NCBI RefSeq assembly: GCF_053078305.1
Contig: NZ_CP166879.1
Reading direction: 5' to 3' (one strand)
Length of the DNA: 64,000 nt
Of this stretch, positions 1-6,553 are shown piece by piece (position 1 is the stretch's first letter; every line of letters begins with the position of its first letter). Position numbers and translations under genes: made by a program. The notes under the pieces are model-generated. The model searched no databases. It saw only the letters and a program-made list of their open reading frames with translations, and had not been told where the DNA came from.

Positions 1-2325
1 CTGATTGGCGGTGTGCCCGCGATCTTTCAGCCATGCGTTCAGGCAGACGCGGGTTGCCCGCAGTGCTTCACCCTCAGGCCAGCCGGTGATACCCAGACGG
101 GTTGCCAGTTCACCCGCCATCGCCACCAGTGCAAAGCGATTCACAGCCCGGCCCACCTGGTTGCCTGCATCTTTCGGAGTCAGGGCGGCAGCATATTCCT
201 TCATCAGCGATTTTGCCTGTGCCGTTAGTCCGTTAAGATCAGCGGTCAGTGCTTTCAGCCACTCCCGGAACGGCGAACCGTAGTAGCAGGACGTGGCCCA
301 TTCAAGATGCTCTGCCAGAGCCTTGCCGCTGTCGAAGCCGTGCAGCTCCTCAAAAACGCCAAACTTCCCGGAATCGCTGGGGATCTGGATCATCCTGACT
401 TCCATCCCGGCAAAAGTACGCTCACCGGCCTTTGCCGCATGTTCGGTCAGAGATAACTCGCCAGTTGAAAAGAACAACAGGCGCCACTGCTTACGGGTAC
501 GCAGCTCACCGTCCGTACCGGCACGACCCTTGCCCTGACCGTTTGCCAGCATGTAGGCGATACTGCCTGCCTCGCGTCCGTCAACTTCCCGGATCTCATC
601 AAGCATCATGGCGGCATCGTTGCGGCGGCTGGCGCATCCCTCCAGCGCGTTGCCGGTGGCCCGCCATGTCTGCCAGTAGTCAGGCCCGCCGCAGACGGAG
701 GTTGCCGCTTTCATGGTGGTGGTCTTACCGTCTGTCGATTCCCCTTTGAGGTGGTAGCCGCCGCCGTCCATACCAACCAGCCGTAACAGTGGTGCAGCAA
801 AGGCCAGGCTGACAGCAAATGCCACGCGGGAGTTGCCGGTACAGTAGCGGGATACGTTCTCCCGCCATTCCTCTGTTGTACCCGACACGCGGAAATCACG
901 CCCCTGCACGGAAGTGGTCTGGAGAATGACACCCTCTGCACCTTCACCGCTGACCTCATCCTGCAGGACGTAAACCTGACCATGCCAGCCAGTACGGCTG
1001 ACGCAGGTCACGCGGCGTTCCGGTTTACACAGTGAGATATATTCCATCAGGCGTGCGCGTGCCTCACCGGTGGTGCTGATATAAGACAGCCCGTTAACCA
1101 GCAGTACCCGGCGCAGTTCCTCACCACTGCCGCTCAGCATTTCCATCGGCATCGCCCAGCGGCGACGCTCACCCCATGTATCTTCCCATTCCAGCAGTCG
1201 TCCGAAGTTACCGCCATCGGCATCGCAGGTGATTGCCGTAACGCGCAGCGGGCTGCATATTTTGACGTTCTGGATCTCCGTCTCACCGTTGCGCTGTACC
1301 TGCTTTTCATACCAGAGATATTCCTGGGTAAGACGGAACCCGTGCGGCAGTTGCGTGCGGCCTTCCCCGCACAGTACCAGACCGTTGCGAAAGACTTCAC
1401 GGGCACGGGTAATACCGTGCTCCCGATGAAAGTCATTCCAGTCAGCCTTAATCTCTCCTGGTGGCAGCGTCATCCAGCCGCCAACAGCTTTTGCCGCCCG
1501 TTCAGCAAAGGCTCTGCCGGGATTCTCCCCCCCGTCCTGAAAATCGTTATCACCGGCGATGATAATTTTTACCTCAGGCCAGCGTGCCCGCAGCGACTGC
1601 GCCACATTGGGCAGGTTGCCCGCAGATATGGCAGCCACTACGCATCCGGCAGTGAGCTGGCTTACCGTCAGCGCCGTAGCGTAACCTTCGGTAATCACCA
1701 CCTGTACCGGTGGTTCAGACGGTAACGGGCTGAGCGACACAAACGCGCCTTTCATCGTGCTGCCGGGCAGTATGCTTTTTTCACCCGTCGGGGCGATAAG
1801 CTGTGCACCGGTCACGGCTCCGGTGTTGGTCGTGAGTGGTAACAGCAGAGAACCGGCAGGAAAATCCTTACCGCTGATATGCTGCACGCTTCCGGTCAGA
1901 GAGGCTGGGTATCCGGCGAACCCTTTTCCTGTCAGATAGGCGCTTTCTCCCGTGTGGCTCTCTTTCATCAGCGCCGCCACGGTAAGACCCATGTCGCGTT
2001 TAGGGGCTTTTTGTCTGGCAGGCTTAACAGGCAGTTCCTGCACATCCGGCACATTAAGCATCTGCGCCACCTCCTGCGCAGCCTTTCTGACGCTGTAACC
2101 GGTTACGAGCTTAACCAGATCCAGACCGTCACCATTGCCACACTGGCTGCAGATCCACGTCCCGCGCCCGTCAAGGTCATCAAGGCGAAAACGATCCTTG
2201 CCCCCACATTTCGGGCAGGGACCGTGCCTGCCGTTTTCAGGTACATCAATACGCAGCATCTGCAGAATAACGGGCCATTTCCCCCGCGCGGCGGCTGAAA
2301 TCTGCGTAACCGTCTGTATTGTCAT
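1..2325 (-). CDS. Replication protein: Zn-ribbon + Toprim primase fused to a P-loop (DUF927-like) helicase. It is truncated at its 3' end by the window edge, with at least 775 codons visible.
   Basis: It is absent from the ORF track because no stop codon lies inside the window. Manual minus-strand translation from ATG 2325 (ATGA overlap with the upstream ORF stop) stays open to position 1. It starts MTIQTVTQISAAARGKWPVILQML. Motifs seen: CPKC...CSQC zinc ribbon (codons 37-62), Toprim-like VVITEGYATA and IIIAGDNDF, Walker A GESTDGKTT, Walker B MMLDEIRE. The family assignment (P4 alpha / PICI Pri-Rep type) is from memory. Confidence 0.85.
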   Translation of the reverse strand, partial: MTIQTVTQISAAARGKWPVILQMLRIDVPENGRHGPCPKCGGKDRFRLDDLDGRGTWICSQCGNGDGLDLVKLVTGYSVRKAAQEVAQMLNVPDVQELPVKPARQKAPKRDMGLTVAALMKESHTGESAYLTGKGFAGYPASLTGSVQHISGKDFPAGSLLLPLTTNTGAVTGAQLIAPTGEKSILPGSTMKGAFVSLSPLPSEPPVQVVITEGYATALTVSQLTAGCVVAAISAGNLPNVAQSLRARWPEVKIIIAGDNDFQDGGENPGRAFAERAAKAVGGWMTLPPGEIKADWNDFHREHGITRAREVFRNGLVLCGEGRTQLPHGFRLTQEYLWYEKQVQRNGETEIQNVKICSPLRVTAITCDADGGNFGRLLEWEDTWGERRRWAMPMEMLSGSGEELRRVLLVNGLSYISTTGEARARLMEYISLCKPERRVTCVSRTGWHGQVYVLQDEVSGEGAEGVILQTTSVQGRDFRVSGTTEEWRENVSRYCTGNSRVAFAVSLAFAAPLLRLVGMDGGGYHLKGESTDGKTTTMKAATSVCGGPDYWQTWRATGNALEGCASRRNDAAMMLDEIREVDGREAGSIAYMLANGQGKGRAGTDGELRTRKQWRLLFFSTGELSLTEHAAKAGERTFAGMEVRMIQIPSDSGKFGVFEELHGFDSGKALAEHLEWATSCYYGSPFREWLKALTADLNGLTAQAKSLMKEYAAALTPKDAGNQVGRAVNRFALVAMAGELATRLGITGWPEGEALRATRVCLNAWLKDRGHTANQ

Positions 2326-2705
2326 ACTTCCCCCTGATACAACGTCACACCGGTACTGCAGAAGTCATCAAAGGCCGCCGGAAGCGTGCGGTACATCTCC
2401 GCCATCACTTCACAGCCGCGCGCGGTCAGTACCGGCGGCGCGGTCAGCAGTGACGGCTCCAGCATGTCAGTCAGCAGTGCCAGCGCGGCAGCGGCGCCCT
2501 GTGCTTCGCCGTACTCGTTAATCAGTGCGCACTCGATATGCAGCGCAATGGCCATTTCAATACGCTCCACCGTCAGGCTGTGCGGACCATACTGATCACT
2601 GCCAGTTTCGTTCAGCATTTTCTGCCGCCATGCTGAAGCAATAGCCCGTCGGTAAAGCGCGGTGGTCATTTCTGCCGGGAAAATGGAAACCTGCGGCTGG
2701 TTCAT
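2322..2705 (-). CDS. Hypothetical island protein (127 aa)
   Basis: An ORF in the track. Its start overlaps the stop of the upstream ORF (ATGA at 2702-2705), and its stop overlaps the primase ATG. No motif recognised. Confidence 0.6.
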   Translation of the reverse strand: MNQPQVSIFPAEMTTALYRRAIASAWRQKMLNETGSDQYGPHSLTVERIEMAIALHIECALINEYGEAQGAAAALALLTDMLEPSLLTAPPVLTARGCEVMAEMYRTLPAAFDDFCSTGVTLYQGEV

Positions 2706-2986
2706 CTGGCACCTCCTTCAATCAGTGCGCAGCTGTGTGCAATATCCGTCAAATCTGCCCGCAGGTACTCCATCAGCGCGGCGACACCAGGCGCACAGCC
2801 TGCGTCCAGTGCTCCGGCCTGAGACGGGTATTCAGAAAAGAGAAGCTGGAGCATGTCGCAGGCATTTCTTGCGCGGATCAGCTTTCCGAAACCGTCCTCT
2901 GACAACCCATAGGCAAAAGCACCGGTATTGTGTTTTTCAGGCAAAGTGTGGCCCTGAGCACCGTTGTGCCCGTTTGAAATATTCAT
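2702..2986 (-). CDS. Hypothetical island protein (94 aa)
   Basis: An ORF in the track. A GGAG lies 9 nt upstream of ATG 2986. It is translationally coupled to the next gene. No motif recognised. Confidence 0.6.
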   Translation of the reverse strand: MNISNGHNGAQGHTLPEKHNTGAFAYGLSEDGFGKLIRARNACDMLQLLFSEYPSQAGALDAGCAPGVAALMEYLRADLTDIAHSCALIEGGAR

Positions 2987-3017
2987 CGTGAATTACTCCG
3001 TTTTCAGCGGTATTTTG

Positions 3018-3377
3018 TCAGAGAAACTTTGAATAGTGACCGTCGTCAGGCTCAGCAGAACGCCGTATGGTACGCTCCCGCCAGCGGATAAATAGCACAG
3101 ACGGATGCAGTGTCAGCGGGCCGGAACCACTACTGCCTGCAGGAGCTGGTGCAGGCTTAAAGAGCGGTACATCAAACAGGCGCGTATACCGCTGTTCAAA
3201 CCATGCCAGAGGGCAGGAAGAAAGCTGGTTGTCGCTGTCATGACGTATCAGCACTTCACAGCTGAATTCAGGATTAACCAGCGCCACAGAGGGCGAGGCT
3301 TCTATTAATCGGATAATCGTGACCGTCCAGCCACGTTCATGCCGCCAGCGTTCGCCGGGGTGCGGATAATTACGCAT
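3018..3377 (-). CDS. Hypothetical island protein (119 aa from MRNYPHPGERW)
   Basis: ATG at 3377 is preceded by GGAGGTGAAC, a strong SD. The ORF-track start at 3407 has no SD. It overlaps the end of the Icd-like gene by 8 nt. Confidence 0.6.
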   Translation of the reverse strand: MRNYPHPGERWRHERGWTVTIIRLIEASPSVALVNPEFSCEVLIRHDSDNQLSSCPLAWFEQRYTRLFDVPLFKPAPAPAGSSGSGPLTLHPSVLFIRWRERTIRRSAEPDDGHYSKFL

Positions 3378-3546
3378 GTTCACCTCCGCAGGGAATGCGC
3401 CCGGCAAAGCTCAGTACACAGTCCGGGGCAAGTCTGCGCCGCGCTGACCGCTCATTATCTGCGGTGAGCCTTAACATCACAGGACGGGCATTGCGTTGAC
3501 TGCGGTTGATCGCCGCAAATAACCAGGTACACTTCTGTTTAGCCAT
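3370..3546 (-). CDS. Small protein (58 aa) resembling host cell division inhibitor Icd-like proteins of P4-type elements
   Basis: MAKQKCTWLFAAINRSQRNARPVMLRLTADNERSARRRLAPDCVLSFAGRIPCGGEHA. ATG 3546 is preceded by GAGGT. This is the C-terminal part of a spurious 244-aa ORF in the track. The Icd-like call is from remembered family sequences, not a search. Confidence 0.55.
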   Translation of the reverse strand: MAKQKCTWLFAAINRSQRNARPVMLRLTADNERSARRRLAPDCVLSFAGRIPCGGEHA

Positions 3547-3575
3547 CTTCGTTACCTCATATAGCGGATTGGTCA

Positions 3576-3610
3576 GAAGCCCGGTTAGTGTTGCTGCACT
3601 GTCGGGCTTC
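3576..3610 (-). other. Stem-loop in the 5' leader of the icd-like/primase operon
   Basis: GAAGCCCG (3576-3583) pairs with CGGGCTTC (3603-3610) around a 19-nt loop. There is no following U-run, so it is not a typical terminator. Confidence 0.4.
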
Positions 3611-3622
3611 GCACTCACAAGG

Positions 3623-3712
3623 TGAATCGCACCTTTAATTTTAAAGCTACCCTTAAGTGAATCGCACTTCAAGCTTTTTATTATCATTTTTTTTGCGTAT
3701 ACTGAATCGCAC
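3623..3712. promoter_or_regulatory. Divergent promoter/operator region with three direct TGAATCGCAC repeats
   Basis: Exact 10-mers at 3623-3632, 3658-3667 and 3703-3712. The third abuts a TATACT -10 candidate (3698-3703) for the plus-strand RHH gene. On the minus strand the repeats overlap candidate -35/-10 elements of the icd-primase operon. Confidence 0.6.
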
Positions 3713-3733
3713 CTAACGCGAGGAGATCCAGTA

Positions 3734-3919
3734 ATGGCAACGAGTTCAACTAACAACAAGTCGCAGCAACTTAATGCTCGTTTCCCACATGATGTAGTTG
3801 CAGAATTAGAAAGCAACCTTGAAGATGGAGAAACGAAAGCGCAATTCATTGTTACTGCTGTAAAAGGCGAGATTAAACGCCGACAGCGCAGGAAAAATAA
3901 GCCAGAGCAAGGAAGTTGA
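3734..3919 (+). CDS. Small ribbon-helix-helix (Arc/MetJ/CopG-like) DNA-binding protein, 61 aa
   Basis: GAGGAG SD 8 nt upstream of the ATG. The pattern is beta-strand LNARFP, helix DVVAELESNL, helix TKAQFIVTAVKGEIKRR, then a basic tail. A bidirectional hairpin follows. The fold call is inferred from the sequence pattern. Confidence 0.6.
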   Translation: MATSSTNNKSQQLNARFPHDVVAELESNLEDGETKAQFIVTAVKGEIKRRQRRKNKPEQGS

Positions 3920-3982
3920 ATAGAGAAGCCAACAGACGTTCTCTCTGGTCCCATGTTAATTTCAGTAAGCGACAATATTTTT

Positions 3983-4016
3983 AAGCCCACAAATTCATTA
4001 TGTCGGGCTTTTTTAT
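3983..4016. terminator. Bidirectional hairpin between the convergent RHH gene and alpA
   Basis: AAGCCC (3983-3988) pairs with GGGCTT (4005-4010). There is a T-run after it on the plus strand and an A-run before it. The loop is long (16 nt), so confidence is moderate. Confidence 0.5.
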
Positions 4017-4030
4017 TAGTGATTTTCATA

Positions 4031-4246
4031 TCACTCACCACGAGAGGCATATATTTGCTCTTGAATCCAGTGATCAACTTCGCTTTCAACGAATGAAATT
4101 GCACGAGTTCCTATTTTCACCGGACGGGGAAATGTATTGTTTGCAAGCTGTTTGTAAAGCCATGCCTTGCTACGCTGAACGCGTCTTAATACCTCTTTTG
4201 CTGAGATAAGAGTCTGATTATCTGAAAAGCTGTTTGCATATTCCAT
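4031..4246 (-). CDS. alpA: AlpA-family (MerR-like HTH, Vis/excisionase-type) phage regulatory protein, 71 aa
   Basis: MEYANSFSDNQTLISAKEVLRRVQRSKAWLYKQLANNTFPRPVKIGTRAISFVESEVDHWIQEQ is the typical AlpA signature (FP.P.K.G.R...W...EV..W). ATG 4246 is preceded by GGAG. The ORF-track start at 4291 is an extension. Confidence 0.85.
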   Translation of the reverse strand: MEYANSFSDNQTLISAKEVLRRVQRSKAWLYKQLANNTFPRPVKIGTRAISFVESEVDHWIQEQIYASRGE

Positions 4247-4530
4247 CTTGTTACTCCGTGTTCTACTTAAGTTCACGGTGACTTTAAACACTGGGAAAAA
4301 GTGATTCTAGTGATAATGGAATCTATTAAGACAAACATTGATTCTATTGAAAAACAATAATCTCCACTGAAAAAAAGAAGTAATATTCATATGAAAGAAC
4401 ACGGAAAGAAGGAAATGCACAAAACAATAAAATTAATAAAATTCATATAGATAGGATGGAAAATCAAAAAATCATACGTCAAAAGGTATTATTACATTTT
4501 AACGATTCATATTACCTAGGAATTAGCACA

Positions 4531-4607
4531 GTATTACACCGTATTACATCGTATTACCCCCTATAGCCCCTTAGAGCCTCTTGTGGCCCTTCTATTGAGA
4601 GATAGCC
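4531..4607. repeat. 10-bp-phased repeat tract: three tandem GTATTACNNN units followed by RGCC motifs on the same 10-bp register
   Basis: GTATTAC at 4531, 4541 and 4551. AGCC/AGCC/GGCC at 4565, 4575 and 4585, with another AGCC at 4604. Degenerate ATTAC copies lie at 4491 and 4511. The tract lies just 3' of the 212-codon ORF and about 290 bp upstream of alpA. Confidence 0.8.
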
Positions 4608-4622
4608 AGAAAATTAATAAAT

Positions 4623-5261
4623 TCACTCTCCGTATTTTATAATGTCTTTCCCCAGCTTTATTTTCTTATAAAACGTAGCTTTTTTAATCCCTTTCATTAG
4701 AATCTCATTCTCATTACAAAAAGAAACAATATCATTATATATAACACTATTATCGCTATAACTTACCTTTCCATGTCTCTTAAGCAATTCAATTAGTAAA
4801 TAAATTAATTTACAACTATAATTATCCTCATCATCTTTTCTGTACTGCCCTCTACCATTACTCCTTAATTTTTTACCAACTTCACATAATTCACTTCCTC
4901 CTAACGTCATTAGAATATCGCTCCAATCTTTATTTTTTACCTGTTGTCGTAATGCGTTCTCAATTCTCTCCTTAATCTCCACAGGTACAATACCTTCCCT
5001 CTGAAAGATATAAGCAGCAGTTAATAATAAGTTCGCCTCCACTTTTTGCGTGGCGGATACGTTTTTATATTCATTAATTAATTGTAGATTTCTGGTTATT
5101 GCCTTTCTTAATCTAATAACCTCTTTTAATTGAACCTCAGTCAATTCATCATTTTCGGTATCATAGTCAAAACCATTCATAGCAAGCGCCACTTCGTGTG
5201 GCGTTATGTAAGTTAACCTATTAAAATAAAACAAATTATTATCAAATTGAGTATTGTTCAT
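4623..5261 (-). CDS. Orphan AT-rich protein of unknown function (212 aa) with a possible C-terminal helix-turn-helix
   Basis: An ORF in the track. GGAGAG lies 8 nt upstream of ATG 5261, which is only 29 nt after the int stop. Hand-counted lines give about 22-35% G+C. No enzymatic motif recognised. The C-terminal GIKKATFYKKIK resembles resolvase/Hin-type HTH recognition segments. Confidence 0.75.
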   Translation of the reverse strand: MNNTQFDNNLFYFNRLTYITPHEVALAMNGFDYDTENDELTEVQLKEVIRLRKAITRNLQLINEYKNVSATQKVEANLLLTAAYIFQREGIVPVEIKERIENALRQQVKNKDWSDILMTLGGSELCEVGKKLRSNGRGQYRKDDEDNYSCKLIYLLIELLKRHGKVSYSDNSVIYNDIVSFCNENEILMKGIKKATFYKKIKLGKDIIKYGE

Positions 5262-5290
5262 TTAAATCTCTCCGCAGCCCCCAATGGTAA

Positions 5291-6553
5291 TTATTTTCCA
5301 TGCATACGCGCAAAATCATATGGTGTGATAGATCCATTCTTATTAGCATCAATATAATCAGCCCACCATTGCAACATTAATCTTCTTTCTTCAAGATATT
5401 CGGAAGTATGCATATATGAACCTTTCACGTTTTTTCGTTCAACGTGGCTTAACTGTCTTTCAATGGCATCATCATTCCATAGTTTCGACTCACTTAGCGC
5501 ACCACGCGCCATAGTTCTAAACCCATGACCACATACTTCAGTTTTCGTATCATATCCCATTACACGTAAGGCGTTATTTACTGTATTTTCACTCATTACT
5601 TTTTTAGGATCATGATCGCTGGGAAATATAACCTCACCTTTACCACTCAAGGCATGTAAACGTTTAAAAATATCAAATGCTTGTTTGCTAAGCGGAACAA
5701 TATGTTCAGTTTTCATCTTCATCCCACGCTCAGAGTGTTTTACGCCGGGAATAGGCTTACGAATTCCGGGTATTGTCCACTCGCTTCGTTCAAAGTTAAC
5801 CTCACTCCAGCGAGCAAAACGCATCTCACTTGAACGTATAAATGTGAGTAGCGTTAATTCAACGGCAAGCCGTGTCATTAGTCGCCCTTTATAGCGTGAT
5901 AGTCTTTCAAGAAGCTCAGGAATTCTTTTTGGGGGTAGTGCTGGGTGGTGGGTTGCTTTAACGCTTAAAAGCGCTCCAGCCATATCGCATGCAGGATTTG
6001 ATTCAAGCAGGTCATTCTGCACACCAAAACGCATAATTGCGGTTACGCGCTGCATCAGTCGCTGCGCGACATCATGTTTACCTGCCGTATCGACAGCTTT
6101 GATTGGATTGAGAAGCTGGCTGGTTCTCAACGTTCTGGCATCGATTTGACCTATCGAGGGGAAAATATACTGCTCAAGTGTCAGCAGAACACGACGGCTA
6201 TGATCTTCGCTCCAAGTAAGGTTACTTGCGTGCCATTGCCTTGCGATAGTTTCAAATAAATATGCCCCCTCAATTTCAGCTTGTGCCCCCTTTTGCTCAG
6301 CTTTGGGGTCAATACCCTGAGACAACAATTTCTTTGCTGCATCGCGCTTACCCCGCGCTTCAGCCAAAGTGACAGTCGGGTATACACCAAAAGCGAGTCG
6401 ATCTTCCTTTTTGTCAGAGGGGCGGCGATATTTCATGCGCCAGTACTTAGAACCTTTAGGGGAGACCTCAAGATACAAGCCGCCTCCATCAGCCATTTTA
6501 TAAGCTTTCTCTTTCGGCTTTGCGGTCTCTATCTGGCGAGCGTTGAGTTTCAT
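5291..6553 (-). CDS. int: P4-type tyrosine integrase (420 aa from MKLNARQIETAKPKEKAYK)
   Basis: The N-terminal Arm-DNA-binding signature (KLNARQIE..AKP..K.Y...DGGGLYL.V...GSK.W...Y) is present, as are the catalytic R (FIRSSE), HGFR and C-terminal Y (GSYMHTSEYL). It is adjacent to the tRNA 3' end. The ORF-track start at 6574 is a 7-codon extension. Confidence 0.92.
   Translation of the reverse strand: MKLNARQIETAKPKEKAYKMADGGGLYLEVSPKGSKYWRMKYRRPSDKKEDRLAFGVYPTVTLAEARGKRDAAKKLLSQGIDPKAEQKGAQAEIEGAYLFETIARQWHASNLTWSEDHSRRVLLTLEQYIFPSIGQIDARTLRTSQLLNPIKAVDTAGKHDVAQRLMQRVTAIMRFGVQNDLLESNPACDMAGALLSVKATHHPALPPKRIPELLERLSRYKGRLMTRLAVELTLLTFIRSSEMRFARWSEVNFERSEWTIPGIRKPIPGVKHSERGMKMKTEHIVPLSKQAFDIFKRLHALSGKGEVIFPSDHDPKKVMSENTVNNALRVMGYDTKTEVCGHGFRTMARGALSESKLWNDDAIERQLSHVERKNVKGSYMHTSEYLEERRLMLQWWADYIDANKNGSITPYDFARMHGK

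Noticed and set aside
5-2298. Many 60-139-aa ORFs listed in the first 2.3 kb
   Set aside because: All are out of frame with or antisense to the continuous primase-helicase frame, which carries strong motifs.
3547-3733. P4-style RNA immunity (CI RNA pairing with repeated seqA/seqC sites)
   Set aside because: All three decamers are in the same orientation, and by eye I found no complementary copy (GTGCGATTCA on the same strand) in the leader. The repeats also overlap promoter elements, so protein operators are the simpler reading. A computational search for the complement across the full island would settle it.
3370-4104. 244-aa minus-strand ORF covering the island switch region
   Set aside because: It is a composite artefact. 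It runs through the bidirectional terminator, antisense through the RHH gene, and through the operator/promoter region. Only its last 58 codons (from ATG 3546, which has an SD) look like a real gene.
4485-4607. Mini-CRISPR, retron msr/msd, tRNA fragment or att core as explanations for the phased repeats
   Set aside because: The units are 10 bp with no spacers, so it is not CRISPR. There is no reverse transcriptase gene and no long inverted repeats, so it is not a retron. It has no similarity to the leuX 3' end and lies 2.1 kb from the tRNA, so it is not the att core.
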